From Planctomycetales bacterium (GTDB lineage: Bacteria; 4484-113): a stretch of DNA of 64,000 nucleotides. Under the pieces are notes generated by a model that saw only the letters and a list, made by a program, of their open reading frames with translations, did no database searches and was not told where the DNA came from. Within the stretch, counting starts at the first letter, position 1. Each line of letters starts with the position of its first letter. The DNA lies in NCBI GenBank assembly GCA_030606285.1, contig JAUWGS010000001.1, positions 176,696-240,695 on the forward strand. The letters run 5' to 3'. Positions 28,937-39,462 of this stretch are shown here, piece by piece. The position numbers and the translations under genes were made by a program.

Positions 28937-28969
28937 ACTTGATTTATCCTCCTGGAAGTCTATTGGAAG

Positions 28970-29200
28970 CTAAGCGCTCTTTTTCTTCACTTCCTTGTAT
29001 ACGCGGATAGCCGCGTCCGGACACACTATTGCGCAAAGGCGGCAACCCGTGCACTTGCCGTCAGGATCTACGTACTCAACAGGATAGAGCCCGCGCTTGT
29101 TGAGCTTGGCTTTCGTGTTGTGGATCAACTCGTGCGGACAGGCCGGGACGCAGAGCAAGCAACCTTTGCAGGCATCATCGAGGATTTCTATCATTGGCAT
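28970..29200 (-). CDS. 2x[4Fe-4S] ferredoxin (delta subunit)
   Basis: CKGCLLCVPACP and CTGCRLCAIVCP; ATG at 29200. Confidence 0.9.
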   Translation of the reverse strand: MPMIEILDDACKGCLLCVPACPHELIHNTKAKLNKRGLYPVEYVDPDGKCTGCRLCAIVCPDAAIRVYKEVKKKSA

Positions 29201-29325
29201 TGAGCTTAAACCCCTAAAGGCGAGATGAACTGCGTATCGTAACACCCATTTCTAGGACGGTTCGCAACGCTACGCTGCGACTACCGCATATGATACCCAG
29301 GCTAGGGTGCAGATAACTTATCAGC

Positions 29326-29355
29326 ATTATATCACACTAGAGAATATTTTCACAA
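29326..29355 (-). promoter_or_regulatory. Promoter of the oxidoreductase operon with a Rex-like operator over the -35
   Basis: Minus strand TTGTGA, 18 nt spacer, TATAAT with extended TG; TTGTGAAAATATTCTCTA is 2 mismatches from TTGTGAA-N4-TTCACAA. Confidence 0.55.
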
Positions 29356-29410
29356 GGGATTTTGCCGTCCCGGCGCAATTCCTCTCGCTCTCATTATGGA
29401 CGAGCACCTG

Positions 29411-30418
29411 TCAGCCCAGAGGATGATAGCAGGAGACACGTCCAGGGCCGGATCTAGTTGGCTCCGGATGGGTTTGAAAACACTCGTCAGTCGCTCGCTG
29501 GCAGCGTTCCGCGTAAGCGCATCCCTCTGGAGGGGCTAGTAGGTCCGGTGGTTGGCCCGGAACAGCCCGGAGCTTCCGCTTGGCATCCACACGAGGGAGG
29601 GAGTCCAGCAAAGCCCTGGAATAGGGATGGCGAGGTGCTGAGAAGAACTCCTTATCTGTGGTCTCCTCAACGATCTTCCCGGCATACATAACCAGTATGC
29701 GACTGCAGGTTCCAGCAACGATGGACATATCGTGAGTTATAAGGATTATTGACGCGCCGAACTCGTCCTTCAACCTCAACAGCAGGCTCAGGATCTGAGC
29801 CTGAATCGTTACGTCAAGCGCTGTGGTGGGCTCATCAGCCAGCAAGAGTGACGGTTGGCAGGACAGTGCCATGGCGATCATAACTCGCTGGTGCATTCCT
29901 CCTGATAGTTGATGCGGATAGTGATTGAAGCGCTGCTCAGGATCGGGGATGCCTACGGTTCTAAGGAGATTGATCCCCTCGCGCCGTGCATCTTCCTTCG
30001 ACATGCCACGGTGGAGCATCAGTGGCTCCATCACTTGGAAACCGACAGTGAAGACCGGGTTAAGGGACGACATTGGGTCCTGAAAGACCATACCGATCTC
30101 GTTACCCCGAATGCTCCTGAGTTCAGTCATGGACGCACTCACGACATCCAGTTCGGTATCGGCTCCCAGCTTGGACGGACGAAACAGTATGCGGCCCTGA
30201 ACGTGGGCTCCGGGAATCTCCCGGGTCAGGCCGGGAATAGACAGCGCTGTGATGGTCTTGCCGCAGCCGGATTCACCGAGGAGTCCGATCATTTCGCCGG
30301 GAGAGACTTCAAAGCTCACTCCCCTGACGGCATGCACAATGCCCCGTTCGAGGGCAATGTCCACCCTCAGGTCGTCTACGACGAGCAGATGGCTGTTATG
30401 GCTGGACGGTGTAGTCAT
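29411..30418 (-). CDS. Oligopeptide/dipeptide ABC transporter ATP-binding protein (OppD/DppD)
   Basis: [39 protein letters not shown]-terminal Cys cluster. Confidence 0.9.
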   Translation of the reverse strand: MTTPSSHNSHLLVVDDLRVDIALERGIVHAVRGVSFEVSPGEMIGLLGESGCGKTITALSIPGLTREIPGAHVQGRILFRPSKLGADTELDVVSASMTELRSIRGNEIGMVFQDPMSSLNPVFTVGFQVMEPLMLHRGMSKEDARREGINLLRTVGIPDPEQRFNHYPHQLSGGMHQRVMIAMALSCQPSLLLADEPTTALDVTIQAQILSLLLRLKDEFGASIILITHDMSIVAGTCSRILVMYAGKIVEETTDKEFFSAPRHPYSRALLDSLPRVDAKRKLRAVPGQPPDLLAPPEGCAYAERCQRATDECFQTHPEPTRSGPGRVSCYHPLG

Positions 30419-31820
30419 GCAGATAGCTCACGAGGGCTTTACGTAGCGAGTCGAATGCGCGCTCGTCCGGAGCTTCCATATAAGCGCGCACAACCGCTTC
30501 CGTTCCCGATGGCCGGAGGAGAATCCACGACCCATTCTCCAGGACGAGCTTCACACCATCAATTGAGATGACCTCTGAAACAAGATGGTCAAGAAAAGTG
30601 CCGGCCTGAGCCAATGCTTCGACGTCACTCATTAGTTCGGCAATCCTCTCGCTCGGCAGTTCCATGTCCAGCCGCTCGAATACGGTTCGTCCGAACTGCT
30701 GTCCGAACTCCTGCCAGACATCTGAAAGGCGAGCCCCTTTGGTGGCGAGCAAGTCGAGCAGCAGCAAGATGGAGAGAATTGCATCCTTTTCCGGCACGTG
30801 TCCGGCGATCGAGAGCCCGCCTGATTCCTCACCTCCAATCAGAGCGCCTTCCCTCAACTCCCGACCGACATACTTGAAGCCGACTGGAGTTTCTTTCAGT
30901 TCCGTGCCATGCGCGACTGCAACCGCATCCAGCAAGTGCGATGTGGCGACCGTGCGCACGAGCGGGCCAGTCTGTTCCTTGGTTGTCAGGAGGAAGTCTG
31001 CAAGCAACGGCAGCACCCTGTTGCATCCGAAGTACGCGCCGTCAGCGGTCATTAAACCAAAGCGGTCGGCATCCCCGTCCGTGGCGAGCAGAAGCGCATA
31101 ATCGCCGCCTGCAACGTCCGGCTGCAGGGCTTCGAGGTTGGCCGGTGATGGATCAGGCAGCAGGCCGCCGAAGAGCACGTCGCGCTCGGTGAAACGCGAG
31201 TCAACGTTTACTCCATGTCGCCGCAAGTAATCGTCCAGCCAACCTGCACCGACGCCGTGGAAGGCTGCATAGAGGTAGCTGTCGTGCAATGTGCTGAGGG
31301 CAGGAGCGTTCACCAGTTTGTCGAGCTGTGCGAAGTAATCCTCGCGCGCATCCAGAGTCTCGCCCCGCCATTCGGTGTTGAGTTGAGGTGGTTCAAAACC
31401 CGCTGTTTCCAGCTCAAAGATGATGTCGGTTATCCGCTCGGTGGTCGAGGTCTCAGCAGGGCCCGCAAAATCGGGGATGAACTTGATACCGAGGAAGTAG
31501 AAGGGATTGTGGCTCGCAGTGAACATCAAAGCCCCCGCGGCATTCTCGTGACGCACGGCGAAGGCGCAGACTGGCGTCGGAACCGGAGCTTTGAAAACGA
31601 CCGTCGGCTGTCCTTGCCCGGCGAGATGATTGGCCACGTGAGACGCAAACTCAGCTGCCTGAAACCGGTTGTCGTAGCCAATTAGTAGTGGTCTGTCGCT
31701 TGCGTCGGTCTCGATAAGATACCGCCGCACGGCCTCAGCCACTGTCACGGTTCGCGGGAATGTGAAATCGAACGATATAATGCCGCGCCAACCGTCGGTT
31801 CCGAACTTAATTGGCTTCAC
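30396..31820 (-). CDS. Phosphoglucomutase/phosphomannomutase
   Basis: KFGTDGWRG, TASHNP, DGDADR, GEESGG, RPSGTE; start inferred at GTG 31820. Confidence 0.92.
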   Translation of the reverse strand: MKPIKFGTDGWRGIISFDFTFPRTVTVAEAVRRYLIETDASDRPLLIGYDNRFQAAEFASHVANHLAGQGQPTVVFKAPVPTPVCAFAVRHENAAGALMFTASHNPFYFLGIKFIPDFAGPAETSTTERITDIIFELETAGFEPPQLNTEWRGETLDAREDYFAQLDKLVNAPALSTLHDSYLYAAFHGVGAGWLDDYLRRHGVNVDSRFTERDVLFGGLLPDPSPANLEALQPDVAGGDYALLLATDGDADRFGLMTADGAYFGCNRVLPLLADFLLTTKEQTGPLVRTVATSHLLDAVAVAHGTELKETPVGFKYVGRELREGALIGGEESGGLSIAGHVPEKDAILSILLLLDLLATKGARLSDVWQEFGQQFGRTVFERLDMELPSERIAELMSDVEALAQAGTFLDHLVSEVISIDGVKLVLENGSWILLRPSGTEAVVRAYMEAPDERAFDSLRKALVSYLHDYTVQP

Positions 31821-31892
31821 AACCTCAATTATACACTCTGGCAACCTGCCATCAGGCTGTGTTACGCAGCGCGCCTATGCTATATTTGCGGT

Positions 31893-32909
31893 ATGGAGGC
31901 TGTGGTCATTGCCGGTGGATTTGGCACGCGCCTCTACCCGCTCACGCTGAAGCGTCCGAAGTCCTTGCTGCCGTTTCTGGATCGCCCGCTCATTGAGTAT
32001 CAGATGGATCTGGCGCGGGAAGCGGGATGTGAGAGAGTTTTTGCAGCGACCGGCCACTTAAGCGCGGATATTGAAGCATACGTTAATAGCTGTGGAGTTG
32101 ACGTGCATCTGGTGGAAGAAGATGAACCTCTGGGTACTGGCGGGGCGGTCGCGCAGGCGCTTCGCACGGCACAGATGGAACCGCCGGTTATGGTTCTCAA
32201 CGGCGACATCGTGTGTGATATCGCGCCGCGCAGCCTGCTGGCAACTCACGAGCGTCTCGGCGGATGGATGACGATTGTTGCAGCCGAAGTTCCTGATGCA
32301 TCCAGCTTAGGTACACTGACGATTGATGAAGCTGGGAGGTTGGCTGCTTTCGATGAAAAGCTGCCTGACGAGGCTGGAGACCAGCCGACACCTGTCAATG
32401 CCGGCATTTACCTGCTGGGAGACGAAGCTTGCGGGGATCTGGTGTCACGTGAAGGAGCGTTTAGCCTGGAGCAGGATTTCTTCCCGGAACTCACCCGTAG
32501 AGGGCTAATTCGCGCCCACAGGCACAAGGGATTCTGGCGCGATGTCGGCACGCTGGACAGCTACTTCAAGACGCAGTTTGATGTGCTCGGCTACTTCCTG
32601 ACGATGGGCCGGGAGAACTTCGCTGGTGACCGGGACGATTTCTCACTGTTTCGTGATTTCATCTATATCCATCAGGATGCGAAGCTCGGTGACAACTGCG
32701 ACCTCTTTCATCGCGTAATTCTGATGCGCGGAGCACAACTGGGAGATTCGTGCCATCTGCGCAACTGTATCGTGCTTCCAGGTGGGATTGTGGGAAAGAA
32801 GTGCAAGCTGGAAAGCGTCATTGTGGACAGCGACACGGCCATCTCCGATAGCACCGAGGCCGATTTCCGCGTGTTCTCCGGTGACCGCGAGGAGGCGTTT
32901 ACTGGTTAG
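31893..32909 (+). CDS. NDP-sugar synthase (mannose-1-phosphate guanylyltransferase-like)
   Basis: AGGFGTRLYPLT..PK, EPLGTGG, NGD, EK, WRDVG; C-terminal beta-helix. Confidence 0.88.
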   Translation: MEAVVIAGGFGTRLYPLTLKRPKSLLPFLDRPLIEYQMDLAREAGCERVFAATGHLSADIEAYVNSCGVDVHLVEEDEPLGTGGAVAQALRTAQMEPPVMVLNGDIVCDIAPRSLLATHERLGGWMTIVAAEVPDASSLGTLTIDEAGRLAAFDEKLPDEAGDQPTPVNAGIYLLGDEACGDLVSREGAFSLEQDFFPELTRRGLIRAHRHKGFWRDVGTLDSYFKTQFDVLGYFLTMGRENFAGDRDDFSLFRDFIYIHQDAKLGDNCDLFHRVILMRGAQLGDSCHLRNCIVLPGGIVGKKCKLESVIVDSDTAISDSTEADFRVFSGDREEAFTG

Positions 32910-33027
32910 GGGCATGCCAATGGCGATGACGTCAACGACAATTGTCAACGCATTATGAACCACAAGAGCACTGCTTTTATCCAAGATATCAACGCGTGTA
33001 TTGCCGCTTTTTGCTGGTGTTAGATCG

Positions 33028-33957
33028 ATGATACTCACAGTCACCTGCAATCCGTGCATTGATAAAAGCTTTCTGGTGCGAGGGCTTACGCCTGAGGCGA
33101 AGATGAGGGCGTGGGATGTGCGCTACGACCCCGGCGGCGGCGGCATAAACGTCTCCCGTGTAATCAAGCGGCTTGGCGGCGAAACGGTAGCTTATGGCTT
33201 CGCAGGTGGGCACACGGGCGCAGCGCTGAGAGATCTGCTGGACCAGGAAGACCTTCCCTTTCGTCTCATTGAGGTCAAACACCCCACTCGGATCAACATC
33301 ACATTCCTGGACGAGGAGGATGGCGCGCAGTACGTCTTCAGCCTGCCTGGCGCACGAGTGGACGGTCCGGAATGGCGGCAGTTGGTCTCGGCAATCCGCG
33401 ATGTTGATCCAAAGCCGGAGTTTCTCGTAATCAGCGGCAGCCTGCCGCCCGGCCTGGGTGCAGGTGCTTATGAGGAACTCGCGAAGGATGCACGAGAGGG
33501 GGGAGTCCAGGTGTTGGTGGACGCCTCTGGCGAACCGCTGCGTGTGACGCTGAAGCATAGGCCGCTTATCGTCAAACCCAACCGCCGCGAGCTGGGGCTG
33601 CTGACAGGACAAGAGCTTTTGGGAGTCGATGATATCCTGACAGCTTCGCGCGAAGTGCTGGAGATGGGGCCGCAGTCGGTCATTGTCTCGCTAGGTCCGG
33701 ACGGGGCGCTGGCGGTGAATGCCGAAGGCGCATGGCGTGCTTCCGCACCGCCGGTTAAGACCGTCAGCAAAGTAGGTGCAGGAGACTCAATGATGGCAGC
33801 GATAGTGCGTAGCCTGCGAATGGGCAAAACGTTGCCCGAAGCGCTGAAGCTAGGGGTGGCTGCAGGAACTGCCGCCACGATCTCACCAGGCACCGAACTC
33901 TGCTTGGTGAAAGACATCGATCACCTCTTCCCGAAGGTGAAAGTCACGAGCATCTAG
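33028..33957 (+). CDS. 1-phosphofructokinase-family hexose kinase (PfkB)
   Basis: TCNPCID, GGGGINV, SGSLP, KPN, VGAGDS. Confidence 0.88.
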   Translation: MILTVTCNPCIDKSFLVRGLTPEAKMRAWDVRYDPGGGGINVSRVIKRLGGETVAYGFAGGHTGAALRDLLDQEDLPFRLIEVKHPTRINITFLDEEDGAQYVFSLPGARVDGPEWRQLVSAIRDVDPKPEFLVISGSLPPGLGAGAYEELAKDAREGGVQVLVDASGEPLRVTLKHRPLIVKPNRRELGLLTGQELLGVDDILTASREVLEMGPQSVIVSLGPDGALAVNAEGAWRASAPPVKTVSKVGAGDSMMAAIVRSLRMGKTLPEALKLGVAAGTAATISPGTELCLVKDIDHLFPKVKVTSI

Positions 33958-33979
33958 TCAAGGCAAAAACAGACGCTGG

Positions 33980-35305
33980 TTACTTCTTCTCGCCCAAATC
34001 CACCTGCGCGCACACCAAGCCGGTTATCAGCTTGGGGTAGAAGTCGGTGGACTTCTGGGGCATCAATTCGCCGTTGCCTGCCACGTCGCGGATCTGCGCC
34101 AGAATCGTCGGATTCATAAAGAGCACGAACTGGTGTGTTCCCTTATCCACCCGTCCAATAGCGATATCCGGATACCGTTCGTAGTTGAGATTCGTTTTAG
34201 CCGCCTGCGCCTCCTTGGTTATCCCGAGTACGTGTTCAAGAATGACCTCGTGGAGAATAGCCACATCCAGCGAGCGCCAGGCGGAGGATTGGTCGGGTGC
34301 TAGCTTACTCATAATCTCAACGTCTCTCAGCCGAAGAAACCAGAACTTCCCTCCGTGGTAAAGACCGAAGGCGTGAGCGTCAGAGATCTCGGTAAGTTTA
34401 GTGAGTGAAGCGAGTGTAGCGTCTTTATCGGGCCGTTCTTCAACAGCGAAGAACTCGCCGAGCCGCTTCAGGAAGTCCTGGAGATCGAAACCTGCCAGGC
34501 TGTACAGTACCCGGTGCGTGGGAAGAACGACGAGCCCTGGATCGCTCATACCTACTAATGTCACCATAGCATTGCGCGGGTTCTGCGTGCTTTCACCGCC
34601 CACGTACTCCCGCAGACGGTGATTGCGATAATTGATGGCAGTCTCGTAGCGGTGGTGGCCGTCAGCGATGAACAGCAGCTTACCTTCCATCTCGCGCTGA
34701 ACCGCAGCAATAACATCGTGGTCGCTCACCGCCCACATCTTGTGGGTCACGTCTTCCTCTTCGTTATGAGCCATCATGTCCGGAGAACGTTCAATGTGCG
34801 GATCGAGCAGCGCCATCACCTCGTTCTCGTCATCCGGATAGAGCTGGAAAACCTGGCCAAAGTGGGTATCCGTGTGGACCAGAAGCTTGAAGCGGTCCTC
34901 TTTCGGTGCGCTCAGTGTGCGCTCGTGCGGTTTGACCTTGCCGCTGGAGTAATCTTCGAGCTCTACCAGCACGGTCATGCCTTTACGCACGTAAGTCTGC
35001 CCGTCGGGTGCTTTGAATTCCTGGTGGTAAACATAAATCGCGGGTTTGACATCTTCTACGAGCACTCCGCTTTCGAACCACTGCCTGACCGTTTCGCCGG
35101 CGCGCGTATACACGTTGTTATCCGCCGCGTCGTCCGGGAACCCTCGCCCCTTGATGATGCGGACGATATTGTAATCGCTCGCGCCGTAGTACTTGTCCTG
35201 CAACTCCGGCGTGACGCGATCATAGGGTAGCGTGGTGACACTGGTGAAGTCTCCAACCTTCGTCCTGTCGAAGTGCGTACCTTTGAATGGGAAAATTCTG
35301 GCCAT
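33980..35305 (-). CDS. DUF1015 family protein
   Basis: PYD, PHERT..PKEDR, IADGHHRYE, LPTHR, MPQKSTDFYPKL. Confidence 0.85.
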   Translation of the reverse strand: MARIFPFKGTHFDRTKVGDFTSVTTLPYDRVTPELQDKYYGASDYNIVRIIKGRGFPDDAADNNVYTRAGETVRQWFESGVLVEDVKPAIYVYHQEFKAPDGQTYVRKGMTVLVELEDYSSGKVKPHERTLSAPKEDRFKLLVHTDTHFGQVFQLYPDDENEVMALLDPHIERSPDMMAHNEEEDVTHKMWAVSDHDVIAAVQREMEGKLLFIADGHHRYETAINYRNHRLREYVGGESTQNPRNAMVTLVGMSDPGLVVLPTHRVLYSLAGFDLQDFLKRLGEFFAVEERPDKDATLASLTKLTEISDAHAFGLYHGGKFWFLRLRDVEIMSKLAPDQSSAWRSLDVAILHEVILEHVLGITKEAQAAKTNLNYERYPDIAIGRVDKGTHQFVLFMNPTILAQIRDVAGNGELMPQKSTDFYPKLITGLVCAQVDLGEKK

Positions 35306-35353
35306 CTTCAACTCCCGGTTAGACTGTAGTTGTCGAGACTGATTGTGCGGGAG

Positions 35354-36274
35354 TCAGCCCGCAAAGAACTCGTGGACGATATCCACGACCTCAAAGCCGA
35401 CGCGCGCCTGGCCTTCTTTAGTCTGCGCCCCGACATGAGGTGTGAGCACCACGTTGTCGAACTCGGCAAAGATATGCTCAGTGGCAGGTTCCTTCTCGTA
35501 TACATCAAGACCAGCACCGGCGATTTCACCGTCTCTTAGTGCCAGAGCCAGCGCGGGCTCGTCCAGAACGCCCCCTCGCGCGCAGTCAATAATGAACGCT
35601 GAACTCTTCATCTTTTTAAACTGGTCGGTGGTGAGCATGTGGTGGGTCTCGTCGTTGTGCGGGACGTGTACCGAAATGTAGTCCGAGCGTTCGAGAAGCT
35701 CATCGAGTGTGGTGTCAAGCAGGTCAGCCATGCCAACAGCCTCCGCTTTCACATACGGGTCGTATGCGATAGCGTACATTCCCAGTCCAATGCAGCGCTT
35801 CGCCAGTTCCTGTCCGATGCGGCCGATGCCAATGATGCCCACCGTTTTGCCCCACAGCTCCACGCCCTTGAAGCGCTTCTTCTCCCACTTCATCGCCTTC
35901 ATGCTGGCGTCCGCAGCGTGGATTTTGCGCGCAAGAGAAAACATCATGCCGATAGCCAGTTCGGCAACGCTTACGCTGCTCGCGGCGGGTGTGTTGCGGA
36001 CCGCAATCCCCTTAGACTCGGCGTAGGGCACGTCAATATTGTCAAGGCCGACACCGCCGCGCACGAGGAGCTTAAGGTTTACGCCGGCATCGATTACTTC
36101 TTTAGTTACCTTCGTCGCGCTGCGCACGACCAGGCAATCGTATTCAGGCACGACCTTCAAGAGCTCGTCCGCGGGTGTTCCCTGGTCGTTGTGAACAACC
36201 TCCAGGCCGGAGATTCCCATCATCTGCCCGGCGGCTTTAGGATCCATTGGATCGCAAATTAGCACTTTGGCCAT
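35354..36274 (-). CDS. serA: D-3-phosphoglycerate / D-2-hydroxyacid dehydrogenase (short SerA)
   Basis: VRSATK, GVGLDN, SVAEL, GIGRIG, ARGG, DVYEKEP, TPHVGA. Confidence 0.8.
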   Translation of the reverse strand: MAKVLICDPMDPKAAGQMMGISGLEVVHNDQGTPADELLKVVPEYDCLVVRSATKVTKEVIDAGVNLKLLVRGGVGLDNIDVPYAESKGIAVRNTPAASSVSVAELAIGMMFSLARKIHAADASMKAMKWEKKRFKGVELWGKTVGIIGIGRIGQELAKRCIGLGMYAIAYDPYVKAEAVGMADLLDTTLDELLERSDYISVHVPHNDETHHMLTTDQFKKMKSSAFIIDCARGGVLDEPALALALRDGEIAGAGLDVYEKEPATEHIFAEFDNVVLTPHVGAQTKEGQARVGFEVVDIVHEFFAG

Positions 36275-36322
36275 GATAACCCCTCCTGGGATAACGATTT
36301 AGTCAGATTGTGTCCTGTCGGA

Positions 36323-37468
36323 TTAGCACAAATACGACATAAACACTTCCTGGGCGGCCTTTACGCCAACACCCAGCTCAATCGGTGCTCCGAACTTCTT
36401 CATCGCCATCTCGAATGCCGCCAATCCCATTATGGTGTCGAAGTAGTCCTGGTAGCCGATGGTGCCGATGCGAATGATTTTGGTTTTGTAGTCGTTCTGC
36501 CCGGCGGCCATGAAGATACCCCATTCATCGCGCATGAATTTCGCGACCTTCGTGGAGTCAATACCCTCCGGCATCAGTATTGGTGTGAGCACGTTGGACG
36601 GGAACTTCTCGCTGAGTCGCTTGAAGCCCAGCGCGTCAGCCGCAGAGCGCACGGCTTCGCCCTGGATCTCGTGGCGCTTGTGGATATTAGGCAGGCCTTC
36701 TTCCAACAGCATATCCAGCGCGACGTTTAGCTGCTGGAAAAGGCTCACGTTGCTCGTCCACGGGTGTGTTCGCTTGGCATCATTCTTGATGGCGGCTACA
36801 AGGTCAAAATAGAAGCCGGTGCGATCGGTCTTCTCCATCTTCTCGACTGCTCGCGGTCCGAGCACGATAAACGCAATTCCCGGCGGCATCATGAAGCCTT
36901 TCTGCGAGCCGCTGATGAGCACATCGAGGTCCCAGTCGTCCATTGGGCAGGGATGCGCGAGCAGTCCGCTGATAGCGTCAACAATGATGAGCTTACCGGC
37001 TGCGTGCGCAATCTCAGTGAGATCCTTGATGGGGTTTAGGACGCCCGAGGACGTCTCGCTTAGCTGCGTGAAGACGCCGACCGTATCGGGTGCGTCCTTC
37101 AGTGCCTGCTCCAGCTTGTCTGGTGTGGACGCATCGCTCCATTCGTACTTGACTTCGTGCACGTTGCAGCGGTAGGCATTGCCGATCTTCGTCCAGCGCT
37201 CGCCGAACTTGCCGCCGTTGAACGTGATCATAGTCTCTCCGGGGCTCACGAGGTTCGAGACGGCGGCTTCCATTGCACCGGAACCTGTGGAGTTAAGGGT
37301 CAGCACGCGCAGCTTCGTTTCGAAGATGGTCTGGAGCTTGACCGCGCACTCTTCATAGATCTCATAGAACTGGTCGGTGCGGTGGTGCACCATGTCCTTG
37401 GCGCCGGCAAGCGCCACGTCCCCGGGTACCATCGTCGGGCCCGGTGTAAACAGATGAAGCTTCTTCAT
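36323..37468 (-). CDS. Class V PLP aminotransferase (alanine-glyoxylate / phosphoserine aminotransferase-like)
   Basis: TPGPT, HHR, GSGAMEAA, ETSSG, DAIS, GSQKG, RIG. Confidence 0.85.
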   Translation of the reverse strand: MKKLHLFTPGPTMVPGDVALAGAKDMVHHRTDQFYEIYEECAVKLQTIFETKLRVLTLNSTGSGAMEAAVSNLVSPGETMITFNGGKFGERWTKIGNAYRCNVHEVKYEWSDASTPDKLEQALKDAPDTVGVFTQLSETSSGVLNPIKDLTEIAHAAGKLIIVDAISGLLAHPCPMDDWDLDVLISGSQKGFMMPPGIAFIVLGPRAVEKMEKTDRTGFYFDLVAAIKNDAKRTHPWTSNVSLFQQLNVALDMLLEEGLPNIHKRHEIQGEAVRSAADALGFKRLSEKFPSNVLTPILMPEGIDSTKVAKFMRDEWGIFMAAGQNDYKTKIIRIGTIGYQDYFDTIMGLAAFEMAMKKFGAPIELGVGVKAAQEVFMSYLC

Positions 37469-37669
37469 ATCATTACCTCCTGGTCAAAATCCTGCGGCAC
37501 ACCAAGTGGGTAGCCGCCAGTCGTCTGGATTTTGTGAACGATTTATCATACTACCTGAGCGCCGGTTCCGGCAAGGGCTGAGCGTGCGCGCAGTCGCAGG
37601 ATTGGCTGACGGAAGGGACAGGGATAGGGGTGATCTGTGGAGCGTTACAAAGCTCACTGCTGCCTGGTC

Positions 37670-37972
37670 TTAGCGCAAGGACTGTAGCCCTGGAGTAAGG
37701 TCAATCCGGGAGACTGGAGCATGAGAGTCTCTGTGTGATTCCGAGCTGGAAGTTGTATGTCCGTGGACCCGGACAATCACCAGTACGGGCTCAGAATCAT
37801 CGGCACCCACCAGAGCAGTCTCAGTTTGCTGCGGCGCCACTGCTGACAGAGCTGTCGAGTCATATTCACCGTTATCAAGCCCTGGTGATGCAAGGGTCAG
37901 CATCACACCGGCCACAATCGAGAGCGCACCCATCAATATACCGTGTACCGTTTGTCTTGTTATCCGTCTCAC
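37670..37972 (-). CDS. Hypothetical exported/membrane protein
   Basis: 100-aa ORF with an N-terminal hydrophobic segment filling the gap after mnmE. Confidence 0.4.
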   Translation of the reverse strand: MRRITRQTVHGILMGALSIVAGVMLTLASPGLDNGEYDSTALSAVAPQQTETALVGADDSEPVLVIVRVHGHTTSSSESHRDSHAPVSRIDLTPGLQSLR

Positions 37973-38007
37973 GTAAACTGGGATGCTGCTTGGCGCTCTG
38001 AAGTTCC

Positions 38008-39408
38008 CTATTTTCCCAGGCAGAACTTGCTGAATATCTCGTCAATGACCATTTCCCTGTTCTCAGCGGCTAGAATCTGCGCCAGCGCACGCTGCGCATC
38101 GTAAAGGTCTACTGCTGTCGCGTCCATTGCCAGGCCGTCGGCGAATGACCTTAAGGCGCAGGCTAAAGCGTAAGTGGCTTTCTCGACCAGCGCGCCCTGG
38201 CGCTCGGTGAGCAGGAATCGCACGCCGGTATCCTGCACCCGTGCCAGCTCCGCCAGAAACGCCCTGACGCCATCCAGCCCCTCATCCTGCTTTGCCGCGA
38301 GAGCGAGTCCTCCCAGCCGCTCCGCGGTCGCTCTAATCTCTCCACGCTCGGAAGGATCAGATACTGTGTCCAGCTTGCTGATTACAGGCAAGACCTCAAG
38401 GCCTACCTCCTCAGCGCGCCTCCGCATGGCCTTCAAGCGGGGCAGGGGATCGCTACCGTGCGTCTTGAAGTGAAACACTTCTTCCACAAGAATGAGCGCG
38501 TCAGCCTCGCCCAAGAGCTTCTCTGCACGTTCCACGCCCATCATCTCTACCAGTTCGCGCGCCCGCCGGAGGCCCGCAGTATCCACCAGCGCCAGCCGGA
38601 TTCCGCCCAGCAGCAACGGCTCTTCCAGGTAATCCCGGGTCGTTCCCGGCTCCTCGGTGACAATCGCTCGTTCATATCCCAGGAGCTTGTTGAAGAGTGT
38701 TGACTTGCCCACGTTTGGCGGCCCGAGAATGACCACCTTCAGTCCGCCTCGCATCCGGTGGTGCCGCCGATAGAACTCCAGATGCGCCTGTAACTCGTCG
38801 GTGAGTGCTGAAATCTCTGGCTTTACTTCCTCAGTCGGTGTTTCCTCTACGTCTCCCGGGTAGTCGTGCACTACTTCAATGCGCGCAAGCAGGCTGTTGA
38901 TACGCGCCAGCCATCCCTCAATGCGTCGTGATGCTTCGCCTGAAAGCTCATTGAGCGTCAGGCGCAGCACTGTGTCGTTACCCGCACGTATGGCTCCGTT
39001 GACTGCCTCGGCCTGTGCGAGGTCTAGCTTGCCGTTCAGATATGCTCGGAATGTGAACTCTCCCGGCTCAGCGAGTCTGGCTCCCGCATCCTGCAGCCGG
39101 TTCAGTAGCCGCTCTACCAGCAGCATATTCCCCGGCAGGCTGATCTCGATAGCATCCTCTCCAGTATAAGAGTTAGGGGCGACGTAGCAGATGACGACAG
39201 CGTCGCAATTAACATCATCGCCGAGACGGAGCGTCCGGTAGAAGTGCTTCCCGCCCAGGCGGGCCTTGGCTGGAAGCTTCTTCGCCAGGATGTCTGATGC
39301 GACATCGTATGTGCTCGCACCGGACACTCTTACTAGTGCGAGCGCTCCGCTGCCGGCAGGCGTCGCCAACGCGCATATCGTGTCGCCAGTCTCGTAGAAC
39401 TTGGACAC
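38008..39408 (-). CDS. mnmE: tRNA modification GTPase MnmE
   Basis: [47 protein letters not shown]. Confidence 0.95.
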   Translation of the reverse strand: MSKFYETGDTICALATPAGSGALALVRVSGASTYDVASDILAKKLPAKARLGGKHFYRTLRLGDDVNCDAVVICYVAPNSYTGEDAIEISLPGNMLLVERLLNRLQDAGARLAEPGEFTFRAYLNGKLDLAQAEAVNGAIRAGNDTVLRLTLNELSGEASRRIEGWLARINSLLARIEVVHDYPGDVEETPTEEVKPEISALTDELQAHLEFYRRHHRMRGGLKVVILGPPNVGKSTLFNKLLGYERAIVTEEPGTTRDYLEEPLLLGGIRLALVDTAGLRRARELVEMMGVERAEKLLGEADALILVEEVFHFKTHGSDPLPRLKAMRRRAEEVGLEVLPVISKLDTVSDPSERGEIRATAERLGGLALAAKQDEGLDGVRAFLAELARVQDTGVRFLLTERQGALVEKATYALACALRSFADGLAMDATAVDLYDAQRALAQILAAENREMVIDEIFSKFCLGK

Positions 39409-39462
39409 AACTTGATTCTAGCAGGAGTGCGCTGCTTTGCCCGACAAGGAGGTCAACCGGTA

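Noticed and set aside
37485..37534. ZTP (pfl) riboswitch suggested by GACTGGCG on the minus strand
   Set aside because: Lacks the GUGG/CCAC stem and the 3' CGCCUGGGC element
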